Counted from the first letter of the stretch, positions 25,918 to 46,338 are shown. The stretch: 64,000 bases of DNA from Balanoglossus misakiensis (GCA_040954595.2 CM082597.2:6143244-6207243), one strand, 5' to 3'. The notes: generated by a model not told the origin, from the letters alone. Numbers and translations are program-made.

Positions 25918-28250
25918 CCTAAGTGTTATTTAAGACGCCGTTGTCAAATATGCGATGAAATTTCACCCGAAACTGCCCGTGGGGTTTAATACAAGGAAAT
26001 ACATTGGTTTCGAACAATACAATGCGTGTGGTTGTCTTTGCTTTTTAAAAAATGCCCCAAAAATCAAAGTCCTACACTTTTGTCTCGTATTTTGCTGGAG
26101 TCGAGGCATCTTCAGATTATTCTCTTTAGAAATACTATAAGTAATGGTGAAGTTCTCTGGGCTGCTTTTCAAGACAGAATCACAGAAACACAAGTCTTAC
26201 ATTCGCCGTGTGTAAAGGAAATTCTGATCAGATTTGTTTCCTTACTTACAATCTCTTACCACTGTGACAGTCACAATAGTAAAAATTCAAAATGTTTCAG
26301 AGACACTATTTGCCTAAGGTAAACACAGAGAATTAGTCCTTTGAGTCGCGTTGTGTCCACACACACAAAGTTTATGTATAGGTGCTGAGGCTCGGCCCCA
26401 TTTACCAGGTTCAGACAGGGAAAAATTTGAGACACTATTTCCCTATGGTAAACACAGAGAATTAGTCCTTTGGGTCGCTTCTGTCCACACACACAAAGTT
26501 TATGTATAGGCGCTGAGGCTCGGCCCCATATACCAGGTTCAGACAGGGAAAAATTTGAGACACTATTTGCCTATGGTAAACACAGAGAATTAACCCTTTG
26601 AGTCACCTTGTGTCCACACACACATAGTTTATGTATAGGCGCAGAGGCTCGGCCCCATATACATTGTACCAGGTTCAGACAGGGAAAAATGTGAGACACT
26701 ATTTCCCTATGACAAACACAGAGCATTAATCCTTTGAGTCGCCTTGTGTCCACACACACAAATTTTATGTATAGGCGCTGATGCTCGGCCCCTTTTACCA
26801 GGTTCAGACACATAAGTGTTATTTAAGACGCCGTTGTCAAATATCCGATGAAATTTCACCCGAAACTGCCCGTGGGGTTTAATACAAGGAAATACATTGG
26901 TTTCGAACAATACAATGCGTGTGGTTGTCTTTGCTTTAAAAAAAATGCCCCAAAAAGCAAAGTCCTACACTTTTGTCTCGTATTTTGCTGGAGTCGAGGC
27001 ATCTTCAGATTATTCTCTTTAGAAATACTATAAGTAATGGTGAAGTTCTCTGGGCTGCTTTTCAAGACAGAATCACAGAAACACAAGTCTTACATTGGCC
27101 GTGTGTAAAGGAAATTCTGATCAGATTTGTTTCCTTACTTACAATCTCTTACCACTGTGATAGTCACAATAGTAAAAATTCAAAATGTTTCAGAGACACT
27201 ATTTGCCTAAGGTAAACACAGAGAATTAGTCCTTTGGGTCGCTTCTGTCCACACACACAAAGTTTATGTATAGGCGCTGAGGCTCGGCCCCATTTACTAG
27301 TACCAGGTTCAGACAGGGAAAAATTTGAGACACTATTTGCCTATGGTAAACACAGAGAATTAATCCTTTGAGTCGCGTTGTGTCCACACACACAAAGTTT
27401 ATGTATAGGCGCTGAGGCTCGGCCCCATTTACTAGTACCAGGTTCAGACAGGGAAAAATTTGAGACACTATTTGCCTAAGGTAAACACAGAGAATTGGTC
27501 CTTTGGGTCGCGTTGTGTCCACACACACAAAGTTTATGTATAGGCGCTGAGGCTCGGCCCCATTTACCAGGTTCAGACAGGGCAAAATTTGAGACACTAT
27601 TTGCCTATGGTAAACACAGAGCATTAATCATTAGAGTCGCCTTGTGTCCACACACACAAAGTTTATGTATAGGCGCTGAGGCTCGGCCCCATATACCAGG
27701 TTCAGACAGGGAAACATTTGAGACACTATTTGCCTAAGGTAAACACAGAGAATTAATCCTTTGAGTCGCAGAAACACAAGTCTTACATTCGCCGTGTGTA
27801 AAGGAAATTCTGATCAGATTTGTTTCCTTACTTACAATCTCTTACCACTGTGATAGTCACAATAGTAAAAATTCAAAATGTTTCAGAGACACTATTTGCC
27901 TAAGGTAAACACAGAGAATTAGTCCTTTGGGTCGCGTTGTGTCCACACACACATAGTTTATGTATAGGCGCTGAGGCTCGGCCCCATATACATTGTACCA
28001 GGTTCAGACAGGGAAAAATGTGAGACACTATTTCCCTATGGTAAACACAGAGAATTAGTCCTTTGGGTCGCTTCTGTCCACACACACAAAGTTTATGTAT
28101 AGGCGCTGAGGCTCGGCCCCATTTACCAGGTTCAGACAGGGAAAAATTTGAGACACTATTTGCCTATGGTAAACACAGAGAATTAATCCTTTGAGTCGCG
28201 TTGTGTCCACACACACAAAGTTTATGTATAGGCGCTGAGGCGCGGCCCCA
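25918..28250. repeat. Composite tandem array: ~129-135-bp monomers interleaved with duplicated longer blocks
   Basis: Monomer gagacactatttgcctaaggtaaacacagag...gaggctcggccccatttaccaggttcagacagggaaaaattt. Block 25920-26300 repeats at 26813-27195 and partly at 27769-27885. Confidence 0.95.
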
Positions 28251-28597
28251 TAGACAATGGGTTGCGGGAAGATGTTCATATGATTAACGCACATATATCG
28301 CACATGCGCATAAGAATGTCTCGGGTAAAACACTGGCCAGATTTGAGGAGCAGGGTCCGCCAGCCTACCTCTAGGCAGGGAACGCTCTCATTTGGAAATG
28401 GCTCCTGGCACAGAACGCTTATATGCATGATGGTATTTACTGTTACGTTACCCCTTTACCATGCTAAACTGTTTTAAAAGGCCAAAGTGGTTCGGTTGCA
28501 CTGTTCAGGTAGAAAGAAAATAGGGATTAGTGGGACACGAGTTTCCATAGGGAGGAATAACGACCACAGTAACTTCACGGATAAAGTAAACGCCAGT

Positions 28598-28603
28598 TTT
28601 ATT
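28598..28603 (-). terminator. Candidate polyadenylation signal of the lectin-pseudoprotease gene
   Basis: AATAAA on the minus strand about 275 nt downstream of the TAG at 28878. Confidence 0.45.
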
Positions 28604-28877
28604 TAAGCAGTCAACACTATTTACATTGTACATGGCCTGAGCACATCAAGAGTAAATCAAATCGTGTCAAACGACAAATTCGTTGCACGGTATTGGAAAT
28701 ATAGACTGACATCACAACTACGTTCAAACAGTACATTTGAAATGTATAAAGCATACACTCAATTTCAATGTGAAATCAAATAGGATCAACGACACTATAA
28801 TATATTTTAATTTAAATTATTTTACAATTTTTTAAGAAGTTTAATAGACTATAGGATTTATAAATCTGACTAAGTTT

Positions 28878-34647
<5,770 letters not shown>

Positions 34648-34699
34648 GGTCACAGCTCAAACAAATACTGGGTGTGACCGTACAATGCCGCGGCAATGC

Positions 34700-34706
34700 T
34701 TTTATA
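34700..34706 (-). promoter_or_regulatory. Candidate TATA box of the lectin-pseudoprotease gene
   Basis: TATAAAA on the minus strand about 53 nt upstream of the ATG at 34647. Confidence 0.55.
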
Positions 34707-36139
34707 TGGTTCAAACACAACCACCTGGTCAAAACTAACATGCAAATACCCCCACCAGCGAACAAGTCGTTGCTCATGAAATTAATTTAATTTGCATATA
34801 TTTGAATTTCACGAGAGAACTGAGATGACGTGTACACGCGCGATATTAATAACTGGCGAAAATCGTTTCCAAATTAAATTATCATAGAAACTTGATTCGT
34901 ATTTTTGAACGTAAGCTGTACGTATAAACTTTAATTGGAAAAGACCAATTAACGTATATAAGCGATATTCAGGTTCTAAATATCACGGTATTCTCCCCGA
35001 ATAAAATCAGATAGGCCATTGTGTATTAATCGTGATGACAGATGTGTTTATTGTTAAAGTATGGAGGGTGAATTTCATCTTTTAAAGGGTAGGGGTCGTC
35101 GCGCCGCGTTGGTGTCCCCCTTGATGAGGATATGTCCTCTCATACCAGCACAAACCACACTGCAGTCGCCACGACCTTCTAGGATCTTCAGTTGCTGTCA
35201 TGCCCAGTCTACGCTACGGTTGGCTGCTTCGTTCATTCTAAGAATGACCAAATTTCATAGATTTGTGGTTGAATTCTAATGTTTGTCTACAAACAAACGC
35301 GGCGCTTTATCATTCGTGTATTGGGGAATTTGTAGCGACGAGGTAACGGGCTCTGACGAGAACAGTGATCCACGGAGACAAGTATCTGATTCACGTTCAT
35401 TTATTGTCGAGAATTAATATAGTACTTCAAATTCGTCCAGTTAAGTACATGAGCCCAGTAGCCAGAGGTACTCCAATCTCCTGTCAGATTCCACTCATGT
35501 ACGCGCAGAACACAAACTGATAAACAGTGCATGTGTGTCTTTTTCCCATAGGATTACATTGATAATTGCTAGAAAACAAACTTCTACTATTGTCATTTTC
35601 ACGAAATTTTACACATAGCTCAGTCAAGTAAATATAAATTCATTGGTCAAATAAAATTGTATGGTCACCGCGCTCTAGTTTGAGATAAATTGCGTTAATA
35701 TTTTTTGCCCATTGAAAAACCATAGGTGAAAAATGATGAGTCAGCAGTTTTCTTCTATTATCGACTAAATTCATGGCTCTGTATTAAAAAATAAGCGCGG
35801 TGACCCGTATATTTTATCACGGCTTTTCATTATACATACATAGGATAATCCAAAAATCAACAATTGAAAGAAATGACAATACTTTCAATTTTGACGAACG
35901 TACATCCTTAAAAACAAATTCTTACAAACACTTTTCTCAAGGCGTGGATAAACATGTGTAGTATGATAAAAGTAAAATCACTACAATTTAACAGAACAGT
36001 CAGTACAATACTTCATTGCAACCAGCTCTCCCTATCTACCCCAAATACATTAAATCAAATATATATTATCCAGCATCGCCTCTATCGCATTGCCATTCCC
36101 GAGATCTGGATTAATAGACCTCTAAGATTAGGCCTATAT

Positions 36140-36497
36140 TTAAAGGGACAAAGTCTCCTTCACCGTGCCATTTTTCTATTAATTTTGTTTGATACAAGAC
36201 ACATTTATGTTATTCTACATTGTGGATATATAGTGAATCGGCATTCGACGACACACAACTTCCATCCCGTTTGTAGGATATGAGAGTAAAAACTCGCCCA
36301 AAATGAATAAATAATAGAGACTGATTATTCATTTTGGCGAGTTTTTAACTCGCGTGTCTACAAGTGGAATGGAAGGTGTGCGTGGTTGAACGTTGATTTA
36401 CTACATATCCACATGTACATTAACTTAAACGGTGTCTTGTATCAAATATAATTAATGGAAAAAGGGCAGTGAGAGAAAGACTTTAATGTCCCTTTAA
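36140..36497. mobile_element. TTAA-flanked palindromic MITE family A (ttaaagggacaaagtc...); other copies 42935-43159 (partial), 44853-45194, 51045-51389, 61046-61322 (partial)
   Basis: TTAA-agggac...gtccct-TTAA ends, long internal inverted symmetry, five recognisable copies in the window. Confidence 0.85.
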
Positions 36498-36572
36498 CCT
36501 TTATACAGATCGCAACACAGGAAGACACTCGAGTTCATTGAACTGACATCATGGTTCAATCTTCAAGAAACG

Positions 36573-37487
36573 TCAATATTTCGCAACGTTCAAACCCCTA
36601 TTCTTCACCTCCATAGTTAAGTGTCGGTCGAACCAATCGCTTTGTGCCACTGTAAAGTGTTCTTTCCAGTTACCGGCTTGGCCTTTGCGTATATATTGGC
36701 CATCGGCCTCAAAACTCGCCTCGTCTGTAATCGCCCATCGAGACGCGTCTCCTCGCTCCCTCATCGCAGCGACGCTACTAAGCTGAACCACGTGATCAAT
36801 GTGGTCTTCAGTGACAGGTCGACCGAGGAACTCTGCGATTTTCCGCAAGACCGACTTGAGATCTTCCTTCATGTCTTCATACTGCAGGTGTAAGACGTTA
36901 TCTTCTCGGCCAAACTGTTGCCAGGACGACACGTGGCCCAACCAAGGCCCGTACCAAACTTTGCCCTCGACAAACACGCGAACCCAGTCGTCCCAGGTTA
37001 GATCCATTTTGCTGAATTTGATCGACTTCATGAAGTAGAACATGGACACGCAGACGTCTTTAGGATTTCTTGTGACGTAGATGATCTTACATTTCCTGTT
37101 CCCTTCTCTCCACGACGTGTGGAAGTGTTGAGGGTGCACGTGGCAGGCTAGCAGGCGTGGAGACGTCATCTTTTTGAGGTTTTCCTTCACGTTCCTGACG
37201 TGTTCACCGTACGCCCCTGGCACGAATTCGTCTGTGCGCTCGTAGATGTAACCGAGTCGAACAATCCTGTCTGTACCGGGCAGCAGCGTGTTCAGGTCAC
37301 CATACATCAGAGAGAGGACCTTCAACGTCCAGAGGGTCCCCGATTTCGGGAAAGTCGACACGATGACGTCATCGTCTCTGATATCCCAGACGTGGTCAAT
37401 ATGACGGTCTTTGATCGCTGTGACGTCGTGAATATGATCCACAAAGTAGCTGGAATCTTGCAAGAAAACTGGCCACTCTGTCGCCAT
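36573..37487 (-). CDS. Cytosolic sulfotransferase (SULT family), single coding exon
   Basis: 304 aa; 5'-PSB loop STFPKSGTLW, catalytic-region ACHVHP, 3'-PB motif YVTRNPKDVCVS, C-terminal RKGQAGNWKEHFT. Confidence 0.95.
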   Translation of the reverse strand: MATEWPVFLQDSSYFVDHIHDVTAIKDRHIDHVWDIRDDDVIVSTFPKSGTLWTLKVLSLMYGDLNTLLPGTDRIVRLGYIYERTDEFVPGAYGEHVRNVKENLKKMTSPRLLACHVHPQHFHTSWREGNRKCKIIYVTRNPKDVCVSMFYFMKSIKFSKMDLTWDDWVRVFVEGKVWYGPWLGHVSSWQQFGREDNVLHLQYEDMKEDLKSVLRKIAEFLGRPVTEDHIDHVVQLSSVAAMRERGDASRWAITDEASFEADGQYIRKGQAGNWKEHFTVAQSDWFDRHLTMEVKNRGLNVAKY

Positions 37488-39452
37488 TTTGATGTCAAAG
37501 TGTAATCAGGGTTGTCTATATAAAGCAAATATAGGTTGGACTCGACTGCGCATCCAGGTGCAGGTCACTCAACGCATAAGGGGTGGACCATTTGATTTCG
37601 CGGGGGTGGAGGAATTGGGTATGGCAACAAGGTAATTTCACCAACCGTGGCAGCAGTTTTTCCCCAAACGGTGATTGTGCAATTTATTTTAAAGCGGTAA
37701 AAGCCCTGTTGAGGAAGAATGTAGACTAGTTCCTTGCCCGATGGGGGCGCTGTGCTACACTCCGACTTCGGAACGGCTGTGCGTAGGCCAGCGCATGCGC
37801 GCACCCGTTGGGCAAGGAACACTTTCAGACAATTTGGATTGTCCAATGCGAAAAAAATTGATGGAAAGTGTGAATATCAGCTACTCAACTTTGTGAATAT
37901 TCATAATTTGCGGGGTTACCTGCATAAGGCCAATTAAAAAAATATGAGCTTTTCTTATTACCAGACCAACTCAAATTTTAGCCCGCCGACCCTAAACTTT
38001 TTAGAGCTTCGTAACAGACAAGATGGCCGCGACCATAGTCTGCGTGGCAGATCGGGAAAAGACAGAAAATTGGGTGAAAAGAATTGATCCCTGTGTGACC
38101 CCATACAACAATCACGGCACAATGTAGAAATTAGATATTTGTAGAATGAAACATAAATTTTATTTATAACTTACTTGATTGACACCTGTCATTATTTACA
38201 TACAACTATACTCTTATAGTACATCAACTCTGAGTGTCTTTGTAGTGGTTTCCAGATCAACGAATCATAGCACACCATCCGACAATATTCAAATAGGGGT
38301 CAGGGTTCAAAGGTTAAAGATTACATAAATTTGTCAACAATAACATTTGCGTTGATGTTTCCTGCATGACGAAAGTTATTTTGTTGCCAGTGTTTTCCCT
38401 ACAACAGTTACAGCAACAGTGGCCGCCACCCTGTAATTTTCTGAAAACAATAGAAACATTTAACATAACAACGAAATACATTGTTATGCAAAATAGCCAC
38501 AATGCTCTGGGGAGAGCACGAAAATCACGCACATGCGCATAAAGACGATCGTCTGCATTTAACATCGGCTGTCTCTAACCCTAAAAACGTACATTTCAGT
38601 CAAATCATTAAATTTTAAGAAACAAGATATAAAGAACTTTGCAAAATATGAATGAAAACATTTCATTTTGTAAGCACATAAAGATCATCCAAACGAATTT
38701 ATAACAAACTTACAAAGTGAGAATGAAACTGTCCGAAAACTGAACAGACCAGTACATATACGTAACGATCGACAAATTCTCGGATGATTTTAATGAATGG
38801 AAACTGTTTCGTTCTAAATTTTCTCCAGTGTATTGTCTAAAATATATTTGTTAATTTCAGTATCAGAACTACACCGTCAAATACTGTTTCCATGGATACA
38901 AAACCACACCGTCAAATACTGTTTCCATGGATACTCATGTAAATAACTTGCCAAATAACACTGTGGTGTTACTGTTGACAAGCGAAATGGCTGAAGATGG
39001 GGTTTTAACTTGATTGGAAAAATAAAATGTTTGAAAAAATAGCTATGTACCACATGGTATGTACTTGTGCTGTTTCATGAATCTGTGGATAAAATCTGAC
39101 AATATATGATCTGTAATACAAACACAATTTTCTTTTGTGAAATACTGAATACTGATGGGTTTATGATAAATCATAAAATAAGGATCAGATTTTTTTTTTT
39201 TTTTTGCGAGCTGTCTGATGTATCTTGTCACTGTCCAATTGCCGAGACTTCGACCCCTCCCCCACCCCCGTTTCCCTGTATAGTGGTCCAACTTTACCAC
39301 AGAAAACAAAGGAGTTTGGATCAAACCACAGAGGTGAAGGGGTTACGTTGGATCTGATACCAGAGTTCATAAGTGACCGCCAGTTTTCTCTTAGTATGAT
39401 TCTGTCCTCCTACGAAAGCAGTCAGGAACTTGGTTTTGTGTTTTCTAACTTA

Positions 39453-39643
39453 TACTGTAAACCAGGAAATTTTCGCGAAAGGAAATTTTTCGCAGTATCA
39501 AAAGCAGCAACGGTTATGATATGGCTAATTTTCGCGTTCTCTTATTTCACTCCATTGCTATCTCTAAATATCATTTTACGCAACTTTTTATTTTCGCAAT
39601 TTTTGGGCTCTCGTGTAGTTCGCGAAAATTTACTGTTTTACAG
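39453..39643. mobile_element. TA-flanked MITE (ctgtaaa...tttacag); related copies 55159-55353 and ~60180-60374
   Basis: tactgtaaaccaggaaattttcgcg ... cgcgaaaatttactgttttacagta terminal inverted repeats. Confidence 0.75.
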
Positions 39644-41587
39644 TATCTACCAGTTCTTGCTGTGTTATCTACATCTAACCAAAGAAGTTTGCCGTACATG
39701 TCTATCTCCATATCTGTCTCGTCTACAGCAAGTGAATCAGTCAAAAGACCACTAGTTGAGAACATGACAGTTGACACACAGTATTGCAATAAATAAAACA
39801 TAACTTCATTGAGTACACATCAGACTTTCAATCGACAGAAAAAGTCCTGTAACTTGCAAACCTCATGTATCATCCTGATACTGAATATTGTAAAATAGAA
39901 ATTTGAAAATATGAGATCTGAAAAAAAAATGAAAATTGCACCTAGTCATAATTACACGAGACATCTTGTCTATATTAAAGACAATACATCAATGATTCCC
40001 AGTACTATGTATTTTGGAAAGCACATGAAAACATGGCTATCCTGACCACAACACTGCCCCCACAGTCGATATTATGCTAATTCTCTTGTTTTCCCTTTTG
40101 CAGATACAAAATTCTGTTTGAAACTTCCAACAACACACATTACACATGTGTTCTCACTATTATATTTTTAGTATTGGAAATTACATGAAAAAATGGAAAA
40201 AGTACAAATATTGGTAAATGTATGATTGGTAATTTAAGACTGCGTTTTTCATCTTAAAAATCTTATTATTGGACGTTGGGGGCGCTGTCCCCTGCTCTGA
40301 TCATGGAAAAATGATAATATTGATATTGCCTATGATACGCTGAAGAAAACCAACAAAATATACACAAAGGAAGGGAGATTATTCATGTACCTATGATTAT
40401 TTTCCCAGACCCAATCTGGAAATTTACAGACCAGAAATGCAAACGAGAGAACCTCACACCTGTTGGTCCTCATTGAATAATAGGTTAAAAGCACCTGGTC
40501 ACCTACGCAAATTTAGTCACAGTTGCCATGATGCAGTGAGATCTAGCCAATGGCTGATTTTCACAGGGTGGCTATGTAAAAACAGTATGACACAACATGG
40601 TTGTTTGAAGGCTTAGACACACCCCTTCAATTAAGCTTCACTTTGAAACAGTTGCATATTTTGGTGGTTCCTAAAATTGGATCTTGTATCTTTGGCAGCA
40701 TGTTGCTAAAAATATGCTTGTCTTTGTTTGTGCTTATCAAAGGGTAAACAGTAACAAAGTCAGGTCTGCCTGGAGCCTAATTGAAGGATTATACGGTACA
40801 TGTTCATAAGTGTACTTTGACTGTATACCTTTAAAGCTGGCTTTACATCAAGTCAATTTTGGCAACTTTAGAATTGCTGTACAATTATGTACTTTACAGT
40901 CCAACCTGTCTATAGTGGCCAGTCGAGGGACTTTCCTAAACTGGCTTTTGTAGACAGGTGGCCTTTATAGACAGGTCAATTAATGTGCATGTCAAACACA
41001 CAGGGACTGTAACAAAGTGGCCACTATATAGAGGTGACCACTATATAGGGGTGGCCACTAACACAGGTTTGAATGTACATGTAAATTGCACAGGGACTGT
41101 AATAAAGTGGCCACTATATAGAGGTGGTTCTTAACACAGGTTTGAATGTATAAGTGACACTCACTGTTAACTGTGAGAAGTGTAGGAATTGAGAGAGTGA
41201 TTCTCAAAAAAGATTTCCTAAAATAATCAGAGGTTAATTAATAATAGGAATTTGATACCTCTACAGTATGGATTGTCTGTGAATTGTTAGCACACTGACA
41301 ATTCACCTAGCCTTTTAAAACTTCAATTTGAGTTTGACTCCTCAAAAAGGCATGTACTTTCAAAAAATGACTGTCCATTGTATTGCATGTAAATGTTGAA
41401 TTTGTAAAATCCCTGCAAATGGTCTCTCGTCAAATCGTCTCACCCCTATTTACTGCCATGGTTTGGTCTAACCCACAGTGTTCAACAGGGTGGGGGTTAC
41501 ATACACTAAGAAGGAGCAGGGGTGTGTGGATATTTCGATGTGGCACTGTCTATCTAAGCCACGGGTAGAAAACTACAATCACACTGT

Positions 41588-41946
41588 TTAAAGCCCCTAT
41601 AGTTGCCAAATTTCACATATTTTTTCCACAGTAAAATACTTCAAATTATATTCCCTATACTCTAAAATCCTCACCATTGAGCCATATTAGTTGTATTTGG
41701 ATCAGTTTGTCATCTCTTGGTGACGCATACCACGATAGCTGCGTACTGTTTGTATGGAGGCTGATTAAATCAGTGCAACACCGTTTTAATACATAGCGTG
41801 TTCAAAATTGCAACATGCAGTCACAATCGGGCATCGATAAGGTGTTCATGTATACCTATCAGTAGGCTTATTTAGATGGACCAATTTAAGCTGGAAAATA
41901 AAATCACGAAAAATAATGCAAAAAGTGGCAGCTCTAGAGGCTTTAA
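41588..41946. mobile_element. TTAA-flanked MITE family B (ttaaagcccctatag..gcc / ggcagctctagaggctttaa); copies at ~44416-44630 (partial) and ~51868-52193
   Basis: Terminal inverted repeats with TTAA at both ends; shared internal sequence among copies. Confidence 0.8.
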
Positions 41947-42669
41947 CGCTTGGAACGGAATTCAAGCCAAGCACCCATATGCACCGACTTCTCCCATGCC
42001 AAAAATCATGGATATTTCTACTAAAACCTGTACTGTTGTCATAAACCCTGTCGTTAGAAATTGCCTTGGTACATGTGTGCCTGTTCGTACATGTATCAGT
42101 TACAGTACATACACCAAATTCATACAATATAAAGATATAATTTGCCAAATCTGGTCGGGTACACTCAAATATACATAAACTCATAACCTACGTCTTAAAA
42201 TAATGAAACGTCAATATTTCCCACTGAAAATGTGGAACTGCTGGCCAGCCAGCATTTTTGGGTACAATGTAACCAGACCTCAAATTACCCATTTACTCCA
42301 GTTGTATTGTGTAGCTATGGCAGTAGATCAGTACAGGCACATTAGGACGTGAAAAAAATCCTTAGATATTGACCACCAGACACTCTTAAAGGGAGGGGGT
42401 CGTCGCGCCGCATGGGTGTCCCCCTTAATGAGAATATGTCCTCCCACACCAGCACAAACCTCACTGCAGTCGCCACGACCTACTAGGATCTTCAGTTGCT
42501 GTCATGAACAGTCTACGCTACGGTTGGCTGCATCATTCATTCCAAGAATTATCTAATGTCAGGGATTTGTGGAGGAATTAGAAACAAACAAACATGGCAC
42601 GATGACAGCTTCCTTTTCATTCCATGATATTGCAATGTAATGTGGAATCACAGATGACACGTCCATCAT

Positions 42670-42700
<31 letters not shown>

Positions 42701-42765
42701 ATCATCATCCTCCAAATTTGGCAATTCCTTGATAGGACAAGAAGTGGACACTCTTGATCCTGGCT

Positions 42766-45700
42766 TTACATTTCATCCTTCGCAGACTTCTGTCTTTCGG
42801 TCGGTGTCCTGATGTCCCTCTTGAGTTCAACTAGAGTTCCTTTCATCTAACAAATCAAAGACAAGAGTTGAAATCAAAAACACAAACAAAATAGCTTATC
42901 TTCTTCATATGTATACCTATTTCAGGTTGGCCATCCATGATACGAGAGTAAAAACTCGCCCAAAATGAATAAATGGTAGAGACCAATTATTCATTTTGGC
43001 GAGTTTTTTCACTCTCGTGTCTACAGGTGGGATGGAAAGTGTGTGTGGTCGAACGTTGATTCACTATATATCCACATGCACATTAACATAAATGGTGTCT
43101 TGTATCAAACATAATTAATGGAAAAAGGGCAGCGAGAGAGAGAGAGACTTTGTCCCTTTCACGGTGTTCTGAACATACCTGATCTAACAGCTGTATACTA
43201 ACTTCCAATATCTCTCGCCATCTTTCAAGTTCTGCATCATGATAATATTGTTGTTGTTTCAAAATTTCTGACCAATCTTGGGATGTCTTTGGAATATCAC
43301 TGAAATGAACACGTGGCAACAGATAGTGTATATTATGCATATACTTAGAACTGATCACATTTAGGACTGCATCAAAACTTTCACTCTATGTACAACATCG
43401 GGACCTTGGATGGAGAAAGGCAGACAGGCAGGCAGACAGACAGACAGACGGACGGACAGACAGAAAGGCAGGCAGACAGGCAGACAGACACAAAGACAGA
43501 CATACATACAGACAGACAGACAGACAGACAGACGGACGGACAGAAAGACAGGTAGACAGACAAAGCCTTGAACAGACAGAAACAGAGACTTACACAGTAA
43601 TGTATAACAGTAAGTCAACTGACATATAAAATTGATGTTTTCCCTTTAAAAATCTAGACTTACCTGAAAGAGTTAATGACTTTCTCGACTTTCCATGGAG
43701 ACAATTGATTGGCGGAGTGTTCTAATGACTTCAGGCGATAGAACAACAAAACGTTGAACAGTAACAACACAACTAATCTGTTAGGAAAAGCAGAAAATAA
43801 AAATTAAATGTCAGATTTACGAACTTAAAATGCTGTAGATGGATCAGAGTTCCTTCAATCGCTCAAATTCACCAATAAATATTTCTAACATTTCTTACAA
43901 GTAGTTGAGGTTAAAGGTATACGGTCACCTCCAATTTACTTATGCCCATATATGTCAGAAATGGAGTATTTGAGTGTTCTGAAGAACATATGGTGGCGCT
44001 CTTTTTTCGCGTGTGCCACCCACTGAAAATCTGGGATTGGCTAGATCTCAATTTGCCATGGTAACTGTAGCTAAATTTGCATAGGTGACCTATGGTAATC
44101 CTACGGTATTTTTGCAAAGTAATAAATACATAATTGTGTCCAAATTGTTTATGCCATGATGATCAGCAACTGATATGCTAGCAATGGCACTGACCAATTT
44201 TCCATATTTTTTTCCAGGCATTAATTTCATTTCTCGATTTTCAAAGATTTTCCAGTAGTTTATTAATAATTATTATGAATGAAATACTCACACAAAACTG
44301 ATTAATACCATGAACTTCTTTGTTTCCAGTTGAATACCAAATAATTCTAAAACTGTCTCCGATGATAATGACCTTTGTATCGGGGTACCTGAGAAAGAGA
44401 TAAATATCATTTCATTAAAGCCCCTATAGCTGCCAAATTTCACATATTTTTTCCACAATAAAATACTTCAAATATATTCCCTATCCTTTAAAATCCCCAC
44501 CATTAAGTCGTATTACTTGTTTTTGCATCAGTTTGTCATCTCTTGGTGATGCAAACCACGATAGCTGCGTACTGTTTGTATGGAGGCTAATTAAATGGGT
44601 GCAGCACCCATTTAATATATAGCCTGTTCACTTCCCTCCAATGTATCTTTGCATGTGTGTGTATTGGACACGATATTTGTTCCATTACACATTTCAGTGC
44701 AGGGCCAATATGGCCGCCTGCACAGACAGACGTTGAATCCACGCAGTACACCCTTCTGCTTTACATTGTTGGCAGATGGTCACTAAATTGAGCAGTCATA
44801 CAACAGTGAACACTTCAAAACCTTGCTTTCTTCTTGTTTTGATGGATTTTTATTAAAGGGAAAAAGTCTCTCTCTCGCTGTCCTTTTTCTATTAATTATG
44901 TTTGATACAAGACACCGTTTATGTTATTCTACATGTGGATATATAGTGAATCAGCGTTCGACCACACACAACTTCCATCCTATTTGTATGATATGGGAGT
45001 AAAAATCTCGCCAAAATAAATACATTGTAGAGACCGATTATTCATTTTGGCGAGTTTTTTCACTGTCATGTCTACAAGCGGGATGGAAGTTGTATGTGGT
45101 CGAATGTGGATTCACTATATATCCACAAATGATGTCTTGTATCGAACATAATTAATGGAAAAAGGGCAGCGAGAGGCAGACTTTGTCCCTTTAACATCCA
45201 TTTAATGTTATTTTATCTTCTACGTGTACTGTAGATTCCATACCTTTAGATGCTGCTGTATGTGGTAATGCTGTTGGTGTACCAGTCTGATAATCATTGG
45301 GAATAGTCGTCTGCTCATCCCGTCCATCGGATGGAGCCCTGTTCTGTGAATGCTTTCGTCTCCTCATTGCCTTCTTCTTCTTGTAACGAGGATTCGTAGA
45401 CAAGGATGCCTTGGATAAATATTCATCTAAGATAAAGAAAGAGAAAATAAATCAAGAAAGACAAAACACACTGGCCTGCTGGGGTGCATTAAAAGTGTGT
45501 GGAGTATCTGAGGAATTTACAGTACAAAGTCAAAATTAGTAACTTATGCAAATGTGTCCAGGAAGTGTTAACATCACAGATGGTCCTATTTCTGAATAAA
45601 AGCTGGTCTTTCAATTAAAGGCTGACGATCGTGTTATGTGCATGTGCGTAATTTCGTGTGTACAGACATTATGTCCAATCCAAATGTTCAGCAAATTTTG

Positions 45701-46338
45701 TGTTCGACGCATTCAAATAGTGGACTGCCTTCGCTTCCTTCATATTTCATGTGCACCGTATAAGCAGAATTTAGATTTGTCTGTTTTTTTTCACCCAACT
45801 TCCTGTCTTTTTCCTGATCTCCGGCACAGACTATGGTCGCCGCCAACTTGTCTGTTCTTTGGACAGCACACTCCCTTATGGCATTGACTGTATACAATTT
45901 TGGTAGCAAGAGTCTCCGGTTTAGCCCATGTGCACATCAACACAAATTTTATCATTGATGTAACCGTGGAACATTTGAATTCAGGCCCAGACTGCAGTTC
46001 ATTTGTTAACTACTAATAATGGCTATGTTGACAAACGGAGTGGGCCCTACTCATTACATTAATTAATCTTCCCTCTAGATCAAGATTGTAGATGGATGGT
46101 ACATTACCTAACATTCTGTAATTATCTTGTATTCCAGCACCTGCATTCTTCTCAATAATTGTCTTCACCAAACCCCAAACCGACTTCCTGTATTTGATCT
46201 CGCAAGTTATTCTGGAATGTAAAATACACACACCAAAACATGACAAATTTATTTAGCTTTCACTCAAAACAACTCTTTTGTGTTGTAAATTCTATTTCCT
46301 TTAACCTCGTAAATGTTACCATATTTTTTAACTTGCAT

